NCBI GenBank assembly: GCA_965116875.1
Contig: OZ220733.1
Coordinates: 160,001 to 224,000 of the forward strand
Origin: Candidatus Latescibacterota bacterium
GTDB lineage: Bacteria > Latescibacterota > UBA2968 > GCA-2709665
DNA: 64,000 nucleotides
Reading direction: 5' to 3'
In this document: positions 9,745 to 19,030 of the stretch, piece by piece
How the letters are laid out: every line of letters starts with the position of its first letter
Position numbering within the stretch: the first letter of the stretch is position 1
The notes under the pieces: generated by a model
The model's database searches: none
The model's input: only the letters and a program-made list of their open reading frames with translations
What the model was told of the DNA's origin: nothing
Translations under genes and position numbers: made by a program

Positions 9745-11796
9745 ATGAAAAGGTCAACGATTTTGGGCGTCACTCTAGTTTTGACGACTGTCCTGTTTTC
9801 ACACGACAGCCTCGCACAGGATCACACACGAATGGGACTGCCCCAGGGGGCACTAAAGCGGCTGCGCAAAGGAGAATCACGCCTGGTGGCCTGGACGCGG
9901 GACGGCGCGCGACTGGCGGTGGGCGGTACCATTGGCATCTGGGTTTACGATACCGAAACCGGGGACGAGGTTTCTCTGCTCGCGGGTCATAGACGTGAAG
10001 TGGTATCGATGGAGTTTACGCCCGATGGCCTGACGCTTGCGAGCGGCAGTCTTGACCATACGGTGCGTTTGTGGGACGCGGCCACGTGGCAGGAAAAAAG
10101 CACCCTGAAAGGACACACCCGCGGGGTCAATTCGGTAGCATTTTCGCCGGATGGGACCACGCTGGCGAGCGGCAGTCGCGACGGCACGGTGCGGGTGTGG
10201 GACGTGGCCACCGGGCAGGAAATACACGCTCTTACGGGACATACCCGTGATGTCAATTCGGTAGTGTTTTCGCCGGACGGGACAACGCTGGCAAGCGCCA
10301 GCCGGGACGAAACGGTGCGGTTGTGGGACACGGCCACAGGGAATTAGAAAAACACCCTCACCGGACATACGTCGTCTGTCACGTCCGTGGTGTTTTCGCC
10401 GGATGGGAAGACGCTGGCTGGCACCAGTAGTGATCGTACATTGAGATTGTGGGAAGTGTCCTCCGGCGAAGAGAAAGGCGCCGTAACAGAACAAAACTGG
10501 TGGCCCGGATCGGTGGCGTTTTCGCCGGACGGGAAGACTATGGCGAGCGGCGGGTACGACAATATGGTGCGATTGTGGGACGTGGCGACAGGGCTAGTCA
10601 ATCACACTCTCACAGGACATACGGCGACCGTCAGGTCGGTATTGTTTTCGCAGGATGGGATGACCCTGGCCAGCGGAAGTTCGGACAATACGGTGCGGTT
10701 GTGGGACATGACCACCCAAATTGAAAAAAACACCCTAACGGGACATTCGGGGACGATCAGGACGATTGCTTTTTCGCCGGACGGAACATCGCTGGCAAGC
10801 GCCAGTTGGGATCATACGGCGCGTTTGTGGGACGTGGCCACGGGACAGGTAAAGAGCACCCTCACGGGACATTCCGGGTCTACCAGGTCGGTGGCGTTTT
10901 CACCGGATGGGGCGACGCTTGCAAGCGGCAGCTGGGACGGAACTGTGCGGTTGTGGGACGCGGCCACAGGGCAGGCAAGACACACCCTCACAGGACATAC
11001 CCGAGGAGTCGAGTCGGTGGCGTTTTCCCCGGACGGGTCGATGCTCGCAAGCGGCGACGGCGGGATTGGTACGGTGCGGTTGTGGGACGTGGCCTCAGGT
11101 CAGGAAAAAAGCGCCTTGTCACCACATTTCGGTACGGTCTATTCGGTAGCGTTTTCGCCGGATGGAAAGACGTTGGCAAGCGGCAGTTCGGACAATTCAG
11201 TGCGGCTGTGGGATGTCGCCTCGGGGCAGGTGGAAAACACCTTTACAGGACATACACTACATGTCCTTTCTGTCGAGTTCTCGCCGGACGGGACGACGCT
11301 GGCGAGTGCCGGTAAAGACAATACGGTGCGATTGTGGGACGTGGTATCAGGGCAACAAGAGTTCACCCTCGCGGGACATACGGAATGGGTTTACTCCGTG
11401 GTGTTTTCACCGGATGGAACCATGCTGGCCAGCAGCAGTTCGGATGGTACGGTGCGGTTGTGGAACGCGGCCTCGGGGCAGGAAGAGGCCACCTTCACAG
11501 CGCATACGTATTGGGTCCCGTCGGTGGCGTTTTCGCCGGACGGAAGGAAACTGGCCAGCGGAGGCAGCGCGATCCTATTATGGGATATGTCGCCCTTTGT
11601 CGATCCGCAACCCCTTGCTACCGACTTCGACGGCGACGGCGCCGTGGGCTTCCCCGACTTCCTGCAGTTCGCGTCGCAGTTCGGGCAGAGCCGGGACGAC
11701 GCCGGATTTGACGCGCGTTTCGACCTGGACGGCGACGGTGAAGTCGGGTTCAACGATTTTGTGATCTTCGCTCGCAGCTTCGGCAATGGTACGTGA
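9745..11796 (+). pseudogene. WD40-dockerin array gene 5 (type A), interrupted by one in-frame TAG at 10345-10347
   Basis: ORFs 9745..10347 and 10387..11796 share a frame and are colinear with gene 1; the TAG aligns with TAC (Tyr) of gene 1. Confidence 0.8.
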
Positions 11797-11948
11797 GGCG
11801 CCGTCGGCTCACGTTAGAGGTTGGGGCCGACATTCCTGCGCGCCCGCCTCGATGCTATTCTGCCGACGAGAAATCGGAACGAAAGCGTTTGCAGCCGAGC
11901 CAGTCGCGCAGCAAACGGGCGGCTGGACCCCGAGTCTGCGGGGTGGCT

Positions 11949-12539
11949 TCACGAAGGGCCGGTGGGCTGACAGGTGGGGCTGACGGCCTGCCATTGGCGC
12001 AGAACCTCAAAGACGAGGACGGCGCTGGCCGCGGCGACGTTGAGGCTGTTTTTGTAGCCGTACATGGGAATCTCAACCAGCTCGTCGCAGCATTCCAGTG
12101 CGTCGCAACTCACGCCGAGGGCCTCATTACCCACGACGAGGGCCAGGGGGCACGGATAGTCCAGCTCGGTGTAGCGGCGACTTTGCGATGTCGTCTCCAG
12201 CGCCCACACCGGCACCTTGCGCGCGCGCAGGTGCTCAATGGCTTGTAGCGTGGTGGCGAAGTGGCGGGTCTCGATGTACGAGAGGGTGCCCAACGCCGTC
12301 TTGTCGAGCTTGGGATGGGGAGGGTGAGCCGTGTAGCCACAGGTGTAGATACCTTGCAAGCGACCCGCGTCGGCCGTGCGGAAGATCGAGCCGACGTTGA
12401 AGGCGCTGCGCAAATTGTCGAGTACCAAATAGAGCGGGTGCTTGGGCAGGCGGGCGTATTCGTCGACGGGCATCTCCGCGTCGAACGTACGGACCTCGAA
12501 GCTGGTCTCCTTGCCGTAGTTACCCGGCCGCAATTTCAC
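11949..12539 (-). CDS. TrmH/SpoU family RNA methyltransferase
   Basis: LDNLRSAFNVGSIFRT, VGNEALGV and IPMYGYKNSLNVA SPOUT motifs. Confidence 0.9.
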   Translation of the reverse strand: MKLRPGNYGKETSFEVRTFDAEMPVDEYARLPKHPLYLVLDNLRSAFNVGSIFRTADAGRLQGIYTCGYTAHPPHPKLDKTALGTLSYIETRHFATTLQAIEHLRARKVPVWALETTSQSRRYTELDYPCPLALVVGNEALGVSCDALECCDELVEIPMYGYKNSLNVAAASAVLVFEVLRQWQAVSPTCQPTGPS

Positions 12540-13573
12540 CCGACTTCCTCCGGGGCCACGGGCCGCTGCTCGGCGGCAGAGAGCTGGGCGGCCTCAATAG
12601 CGACCATGGTCTGCCGCACGCTCTCGGCGGTGACGGCCAGCTCGGCGCGGCCGGCGAGCGCGTCGGCGATGTTTTCGTAGTAGGAGCGCCAGCGACCGGG
12701 TGCCGTCTTAATGATGGATTCCTCGGCTGACCGATAGAGGTGGGCGTAGTGCTCGGGTGCCTCTTCAGCCGCGTCGATGTCGCCGGCGATCATGGCCTTC
12801 TCCTGCGGATCCACGCCTTCTTTGACCAGCGCGCCTTCCGTGCCCAGCACGTACCAGCGCGGCTTGGCTTTGCTCGCCAGCGACGAGGTCTCCACGCGCG
12901 CTTCGACGCCGTTGGCAAAGTGGAGCACGGCCAACGCGTGGGACTCGACGTCGATGCTGAGCGGATCGCCGGAGTGGAACGTGGCGTACACTTTTGCGAG
13001 CGGCGCGTCGATGATCTGGAGGGCTTGATCGACCAGATGCGCGCCTAAATCGAAGAACTTGCCGCCGCCGTGCTGTGCGATGCTGCGCCAGCCTCGCGGA
13101 GGCCCGTATTGGCCCCAGAACATCTCCAGCACAAAGAGATCGCCGAGCAGCCCTTGGCCCAGCGCGTCTTTAACGGCGAGAAAATCGCCGTCCCAGCGGC
13201 GGTTCTGAAAGACGCTGAGCAGGCGGTCGTGCGCCTGGCTGGCAGCGATCATCCGGTCGGCCTCGGCCATGCTCAAGCACATGGGCTTGTCGGTGACGAC
13301 GTGTTTGCCCGCTGCCAGCGCCTGGATCGCGTGCGGAGCGTGGAGGTCATTGGGCGTGGCGAGGACGACGAGATCGACGGCTGGATCGGCCAGCACCTCA
13401 TCGAAGTGGCGGAAGGTCTTTACCCCCAGGTCGCGCTGAATTTCGTCGCGGGCCTCCGGCCGGCTGGTGGCGATGCCGTAGAGGTTCAGGCCGCTGGCCA
13501 GACCCACCAGATAGGCGTGGAAGCAGCGGCCGGCAAAGCCATAGCCGATGACGACGACATTGGGTTTTTCCAT
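12536..13573 (-). CDS. Gfo/Idh/MocA family oxidoreductase
   Basis: IGYGFAG Rossmann motif; GKHVVTDKP; FQNRRWDGDF; DLGAHLVD. Confidence 0.9.
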   Translation of the reverse strand: MEKPNVVVIGYGFAGRCFHAYLVGLASGLNLYGIATSRPEARDEIQRDLGVKTFRHFDEVLADPAVDLVVLATPNDLHAPHAIQALAAGKHVVTDKPMCLSMAEADRMIAASQAHDRLLSVFQNRRWDGDFLAVKDALGQGLLGDLFVLEMFWGQYGPPRGWRSIAQHGGGKFFDLGAHLVDQALQIIDAPLAKVYATFHSGDPLSIDVESHALAVLHFANGVEARVETSSLASKAKPRWYVLGTEGALVKEGVDPQEKAMIAGDIDAAEEAPEHYAHLYRSAEESIIKTAPGRWRSYYENIADALAGRAELAVTAESVRQTMVAIEAAQLSAAEQRPVAPEEVG

Positions 13574-13666
13574 GATTCTACCTGTGAAACGGGGGTTTTC
13601 GCGGCCGACAAATGGGTACTCATTTTAAGAGAATTCACGGGAGAGGTCTGTTCCTCTTCCGCAGAT

Positions 13667-14473
13667 TCAAACCGGATGTTTGCTGCGATGAAACGCAACG
13701 AAGAAGTCGGACACCTTGCTGACGATGATCTCCAGCATGGCCTGCCCGTCCTCCACGGTGGCATCCGCGGGGTTATCCGTGTACCCGACGCCCGCCTGCC
13801 ATTCGCCGTGGACCTGGACCACCGCGCCCGACAGGCCCACGTCCAGGCCGGCATCGTCGTGGACCTGACCGCTCATTGCGTCCAATGCCTCCCCGTTCAC
13901 CAGGTCCGGCCGGATCGCCATCATCAACGCCGCCTCGAATCGCCCGGCGTGGCCGGGAATGACCGGCGACGGCATCACGCCGGTGAGCGCCTCACCTGCG
14001 ATGTTCCAGTAATCGCCCGTCGCCACGGCCGCCGGATTGCCCAAACGGTTCACGAAGTCCTGTCCCACGAGTCCGTTCGGGTTGCAATTTCCTCCGTGGC
14101 CGTTCAACACCACGAGCCGCTTGAATCCGCTTCTCGTAAGGCCTTCAAGAACATCAGTCACTGCGCCGACGTACGTGGTGGTCCTGAACGACAGGACGCC
14201 CGGAAACGGATAATGATGATGGGAGTTGCCGAATTGCAGCGTGGGGGCCACCACGATGGGGGCCCGTTCGTTTGCGCGCGCCGCGGCCTGGCGCGCGACC
14301 GTACCGCAAAGAACGGCGTCCGTACACACCGGCAGGTGGGGTCCGTGCTGCTCGATGGCCGCCGTGGGCAGGACGGCCGTGGCCGTGGGCGCAACCTCCC
14401 GGATCTCTTCCCGGGTCATCTCTTCGAATAGAATGGACACCGGCTGTCCTCCTGACGTGTGGTTAGTTGACAA
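13667..14473 (-). CDS. Creatininase-family amidohydrolase
   Basis: EQHGPHLPVCTD, NGHGGN and GHAGRFE motifs; start uncertain. Confidence 0.88.
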   Translation of the reverse strand: MSTNHTSGGQPVSILFEEMTREEIREVAPTATAVLPTAAIEQHGPHLPVCTDAVLCGTVARQAAARANERAPIVVAPTLQFGNSHHHYPFPGVLSFRTTTYVGAVTDVLEGLTRSGFKRLVVLNGHGGNCNPNGLVGQDFVNRLGNPAAVATGDYWNIAGEALTGVMPSPVIPGHAGRFEAALMMAIRPDLVNGEALDAMSGQVHDDAGLDVGLSGAVVQVHGEWQAGVGYTDNPADATVEDGQAMLEIIVSKVSDFFVAFHRSKHPV

Positions 14474-14499
14474 GAACCGATCTGAAATTCAGCTTAATA

Positions 14500-14564
14500 T
14501 ACTGAGCTTGCCGGAGCGCGGACATTTCGACAAGCTCAATGAACGCACTTCGGCAAGCTCAGTA
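14500..14564. repeat. REP-like cluster with TTCG(A/G)CAAGCTCA motif, three copies, outer pair inverted
   Basis: tactgagcttgccg ... ttcgacaagctcaat ... cggcaagctcagta. Confidence 0.6.
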
Positions 14565-14639
14565 CGAGAAATTCGTTACAGAATCCTATTCGGGCTACGT
14601 TGGTGAGGATCCTCTCCCCGCCACTCTGGCGCGGAGAGC

Positions 14640-16112
14640 CTAAATTTCTTCGAACGGATACAACGGCCGCCTGCGATGGTGGAACTCGAACTTGCGCATA
14701 TCCGCCGCTGTCGCGCCGGGCGTATCGACACGGATCAGGCGCGTACACACGGGATCGTACGCCGCCACGGGCGCGTGCACCCCCTTGGCGACGATAACGT
14801 CGAAGGCGTCCGGACTCAGTTGACAACTGGTCATGAGTCCCAGACTTACTGGGACGACCCGGCGCGACGTCAGGCTGATCGTCAAGCCGCTGTCCGTGTC
14901 CACCACCGCCGTCTGACCCATATCGAACGCCGTCCGGCCGCCGTGGCGAATCTCGGACTCCCTGAACCGACCGCTGTAGACGCCGCGTACCCGCACGGGA
15001 GCCTCCAGGGGAGGGCCGTGCAAATCGTCGGTCTTGCCGCCCATCCGGAGCGTCACCCGGGCGCCCACGCCAGCCGCGGCCGCTCTTGAGACGGCTTCCC
15101 TGTCGTACAGGCACACGAATGCCCTGATATTTCCGCGCCTGTGCAATTCATGCGCAAGCATCGTGCCGTCACCCGCGGAACCGCCGCCCACGTTGTCGCC
15201 CATATCCAGCAGACAGACAGGACCGTCTGTATCCACCGCCATGTCGACCGCCTGCGGGATTCCGATGAACTCACCTTTGAAGTCACTGCGAAAGGCGTGG
15301 AGATGATCCGCGAGTTCTCCGGCCACGGATTCCGCAAGGCGTGTATCTCCGTCCGTCACGGCAATCATCGCGGCGCCCATCTCCGGCACGTCGGAGTACG
15401 GGAATCCCAACACGATGCTGTTCGACAACACGCCAGGCCGGTCCAGAAGCCGATCGGCAAGATCGTACATCGGCCGGCATGGAGCGGAGCCCGTCGACTG
15501 CCGTTCAATGTTGATGGCGATCGGCGGAAACGCGGCCGCCTGCGTGGGCCAGATCTCGCCCCGAAGCGTCCGCGCCATCAATCGCGAAGCCTGCAGCCCC
15601 ACCTCCTTCTGGTCCAGATGCGGGTTGCTGCGATAGGCAATCGTCGCGTCACAGGCTGCAATCATCCTCTCCGACAGGTTCGCGTGCGGATCGATTGTGC
15701 AGATGATCGGCGTCTCGTCGCCGACATTGCGCCGCAGCCGGGACAGCCAGTATCCATCCAGGTCCCAGTAGTCCTCTCCCTCACCCACGTTCGCCCCATG
15801 GGGCGCCACCAGCCAGCCTTCCGGTTTTCCGGCGCGTTCAACCTGTTCGAACATCATCTGCATCAGCGCATCGCATGCGTCCTTCGTAATCCTGCCCGAC
15901 GGCTCCGTGCCGGCGTAAAAGAGCGGCACGGCCTCGATATTCGACTCGGCCAGACCCTCGAAAAAACCGCTCACTTCGTTCAGCCCGCTTTCGTAAACCT
16001 CCGCCACCTCGTTTCCGATCAGAATCCGTCTCGACCGGAACATCTCCAACGTGGTGGGCGTACCGATGAACGTATTGGACTCGTGAATCAAAGAGAGAAT
16101 GCCAACGCGCAT
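14640..16112 (-). CDS. M81 family metallopeptidase (MlrC-like)
   Basis: HESNTF, PHGAN, DPHANLS, YRSNPHLD and DMGDNVGGG motifs. Confidence 0.9.
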   Translation of the reverse strand: MRVGILSLIHESNTFIGTPTTLEMFRSRRILIGNEVAEVYESGLNEVSGFFEGLAESNIEAVPLFYAGTEPSGRITKDACDALMQMMFEQVERAGKPEGWLVAPHGANVGEGEDYWDLDGYWLSRLRRNVGDETPIICTIDPHANLSERMIAACDATIAYRSNPHLDQKEVGLQASRLMARTLRGEIWPTQAAAFPPIAINIERQSTGSAPCRPMYDLADRLLDRPGVLSNSIVLGFPYSDVPEMGAAMIAVTDGDTRLAESVAGELADHLHAFRSDFKGEFIGIPQAVDMAVDTDGPVCLLDMGDNVGGGSAGDGTMLAHELHRRGNIRAFVCLYDREAVSRAAAAGVGARVTLRMGGKTDDLHGPPLEAPVRVRGVYSGRFRESEIRHGGRTAFDMGQTAVVDTDSGLTISLTSRRVVPVSLGLMTSCQLSPDAFDVIVAKGVHAPVAAYDPVCTRLIRVDTPGATAADMRKFEFHHRRRPLYPFEEI

Positions 16113-16365
16113 TTCAGGATTTCCAATTCATGTCAATTGGGAGTGGACGAGTCGCGTCTTCAATTCAGGCCTACCGTCAATATAGAAGCCGGCTTTCCTC
16201 AAATCAAATGGTTCTTTGTCTGTTTCGGACAAACGACTCGTGCGTTTATGCAACCTGTGCTAACCAGGAGATTCAGGTCGTCTTATGTATTTGACTCCCA
16301 GATTTCATTATAAACGAATTTACAGTATCGATGGAATTTTAACAAAATTAACTAATGGATTCGTC

Positions 16366-16394
16366 TTGCCATTGTAACGTAAATACTTTATATT
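16366..16394 (+). promoter_or_regulatory. sigma70-type promoter for the CBS-OFOR operon
   Basis: TTGCCA-N17-TATATT in an AT-rich divergent intergenic region; palindrome aatttt-aac-aaaatt at 16335-16349. Confidence 0.55.
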
Positions 16395-16537
16395 AAAACC
16401 GGATAAGATAAGCGCGGCTTATTCTTGGTTGTGGGATCGGAAAACTGCATCCGGGCCGGAATACCGTATCGTGCAGACCGTCCGCCGGCCTCACAGACCG
16501 GCCGCCGCATGGAGTGTTGCGATTCCGGAGGAGCCAG

Positions 16538-17005
16538 ATGGACCTTAAGGAGAGTATTCAAACCGCTCCGATCACCCAGGTCGACCTTTCGTATTACGTC
16601 GAGACGGAACATGGTACGCGAGCGGGAGACGTTCTGGCCAAGATGAAGGCGAGCCACAGGAAATGCGCGCTCGTTATGAGACACGGCCGGCTGATCGGCA
16701 TCTTCACCGAACGTGATATCATGAAGAAAGTGGCGGGTAACCCGGACAGCGGCAATGCGCCGATCGATGACCTGATGACGCCCGATCCTGAAACAATCGA
16801 CGCGGACATGAACATCCTGGACGCGACGAGGGTGATCGCCTCCAACCGCTTCCGTTATATGCCGGTAACGAACAAAGAAGGCAGGGTCCTGGGTACGTTG
16901 ACCTATTATGCCATTATCAAATACATTTGCGACTATTTCCCGCAGGAAATCTACAACCAGCCACCCGTGCCGGACGTGTTCGCCAAGGCCCGCGCCGGCG
17001 CCTGA
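16538..17005 (+). CDS. Stand-alone CBS-domain (Bateman module) protein
   Basis: LIGIFTERDI, LMTPDPETI, FRYMPV; ATG after GGAGGAG. Confidence 0.88.
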   Translation: MDLKESIQTAPITQVDLSYYVETEHGTRAGDVLAKMKASHRKCALVMRHGRLIGIFTERDIMKKVAGNPDSGNAPIDDLMTPDPETIDADMNILDATRVIASNRFRYMPVTNKEGRVLGTLTYYAIIKYICDYFPQEIYNQPPVPDVFAKARAGA

Positions 17006-17066
17006 CAGCCCGTTGGAAAAGCCCATCCGGGCTACGGCCGGCGGAGCGATTTTCTCAACGAACTGT
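17005..17066. mobile_element. Internally deleted copy of the 161-bp MITE
   Basis: Both ends retained: acagcccgttggaaaagcccatccgggct ... tttctcaacgaactgt. Confidence 0.65.
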
Positions 17067-17126
17067 TAGCTCAATTGATCTACTTCTCCAGATCCGCAGC
17101 CCAATAGTACCGGGAGGTCGATACAG

Positions 17127-19001
17127 ATGGCCGAAACAGCCGTCGGGGAAATTGAAGAAGAAGCCGAACTGCTGGACGAATTGAACGAGGTTGAGTCTAT
17201 TGCCGTCCGATTCGCGGGCGACTCCGGCGATGGAAGCCAGTTCATCGGGGGAGAATTCGCCAACACGTCCGCCATCGTGGGCAACGATATCAGCACCATG
17301 CCGGATTTTCCCGCGGAAATCCGCGCGCCCGCCGGCACTTTGCCGGGCATAAGCGGATTTCAGGTCCGCATATCCAGCGAAGACATCTACACGCCAGGAG
17401 ACGAGCCCCAGGTGCTCGTTGCCATGAACCCGGCCGCGCTCAGGGCCAACCTGCAGGATCTGCCGCCGGGGGGCGTGGTCATTACCAATTCCAATAACTT
17501 CACCCGAAACAACCTGCGCAAGGCCGGCTACGAGACCGACCCGCTGGAAGACGGATCGCTGGAGGGTTATCGGCTATGCAAAGTACCGTTGACAACGTTG
17601 CACAAGCGCGCAGTGGCCGGTGTCGAAGGCCTGTCCAACCGGCAGATCGATATGATGAAGAACTGCTTCGCCCTCGGACTTGCATACTGGATCTTCGACC
17701 GTCCGCTGGAACCGACGATCCGCATGCTGGAAGAGAAATTCGCCAGCCGCCCAAACGTCGTTGAGGGCAATGTAACCACCCTGAAGGCCGGGTACAACTA
17801 CGGGGAAACGACCGAACAGTTTCAGTACAGGTACAAGATTCCCAAAGCCGTGGTCGAACCGGGCACCTATCGCGCCGTTACCGGCGCCCAGGCCACCGCC
17901 ATGGGATTCGTCACCGCGGCGCACAAGGCCGGCAAGACCCTTTTTTACGGGAGCTACCCCATCACCCCCGCGAGCGTCCTGCTCGAAGCCCTGGCCGCCC
18001 TGAAAAACTTCGACGTGCGCACGTTCCAGGCCGAAGACGAGATTGCAGCCATCGGCTCCGCCATTGGCGCCGCGTTCGGCGGCGCCTTTGCCGCGACAGG
18101 CACCAGCGGCCCGGGCATTGCGCTGAAGAGCGAAGCCATCAACCTGGCTCTTGTGCTGGAATTGCCGCTGGTTGTCGCCAACTTTCAACGCGGTGGGCCC
18201 AGCACGGGGCTTCCTACGAAAACGGAACAGTCCGACCTGCTCCAATGCATGTTCGGCCGCAACGGCGAAAGCCCGATTCCCATTGTCGCGCCGGCCACAG
18301 CCTCCGATTGCTTCAACCTGGGCATCGAGGCCTTCCGCATCGCCGTTGAGAGCATGTCGCCGGTTTTCTTCCTGTCCGACGGCTACCTGAACAACAGTTC
18401 CGAACCCTGGAAGATCCCCGATCCCGATGACATCGAGACGATCGACGTGGAACATCGAACGGACCCTGAAGATTTCCAGCCGTACACGAGGAACGTGCAG
18501 ACCCTGTCGCGCCCATGGGCGCTTCCCGGCACGCCCGGTTTGGAACACCGAATCGGCGGCCTGGGTAAGCAGGACGGCACGGGCAACGTCTCGTACGATC
18601 CGAAAGACCACGAACACATGGTCAGGGTCCGGGCGGAAAAAGTCGCGCGAATCGCCAATCGGATTCCAGGGCAGGACGTGTTCGGGCCAAAGGCCGGCGA
18701 TCTGCTTGTCGTCGGTTGGGGCAGCACATTCGGCGCAATCCGGTCCGCGGTTCGCCGCGAGGTCTCCAACGGCCGGTCGGTTGCCCATGCCCATATCCGA
18801 TATCTGAACCCGTTTCCCGCGAACCTGGAGAGTCTGCTTCTGCGCTATCGAAAGATCCTGGTGCCGGAGATCAATGGGGGACAGCTTTCCCTCCTGCTCA
18901 ACGCCAGGTATCCTCTACGTGTCATCAGCTATCCCAAAGTCCAGGGGCAGCCATTCAAGATTTCCGAGATTGTGGATAAAATCCGCGAATTGCTGGACTA
19001 G
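17127..19001 (+). CDS. korA: 2-oxoacid:ferredoxin oxidoreductase alpha subunit
   Basis: FAGDSGDG, YPITPAS, QAEDEIAA, TSGPG, QRGGPSTGLPTKTEQSD. Confidence 0.93.
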   Translation: MAETAVGEIEEEAELLDELNEVESIAVRFAGDSGDGSQFIGGEFANTSAIVGNDISTMPDFPAEIRAPAGTLPGISGFQVRISSEDIYTPGDEPQVLVAMNPAALRANLQDLPPGGVVITNSNNFTRNNLRKAGYETDPLEDGSLEGYRLCKVPLTTLHKRAVAGVEGLSNRQIDMMKNCFALGLAYWIFDRPLEPTIRMLEEKFASRPNVVEGNVTTLKAGYNYGETTEQFQYRYKIPKAVVEPGTYRAVTGAQATAMGFVTAAHKAGKTLFYGSYPITPASVLLEALAALKNFDVRTFQAEDEIAAIGSAIGAAFGGAFAATGTSGPGIALKSEAINLALVLELPLVVANFQRGGPSTGLPTKTEQSDLLQCMFGRNGESPIPIVAPATASDCFNLGIEAFRIAVESMSPVFFLSDGYLNNSSEPWKIPDPDDIETIDVEHRTDPEDFQPYTRNVQTLSRPWALPGTPGLEHRIGGLGKQDGTGNVSYDPKDHEHMVRVRAEKVARIANRIPGQDVFGPKAGDLLVVGWGSTFGAIRSAVRREVSNGRSVAHAHIRYLNPFPANLESLLLRYRKILVPEINGGQLSLLLNARYPLRVISYPKVQGQPFKISEIVDKIRELLD

Positions 19002-19030
19002 GACGAACCCCTGAATCTGGAGAACGATCC

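Noticed and set aside
10345-10347. Selenocysteine recoding of the in-frame stop
   Set aside because: The codon is UAG, the tRNA-Sec anticodon is UCA, and the aligned residue is Tyr, not Cys.
134-11786. Many long alternative-frame and antisense ORFs over the WD40 genes, up to 434 aa
   Set aside because: Shadows of GC-rich 126-bp coding repeats; no RBS or independent motifs.
25-11796. Diversity-generating retroelement acting on the WD40 array
   Set aside because: No reverse transcriptase in the window, and differences between copies are not restricted to adenines.
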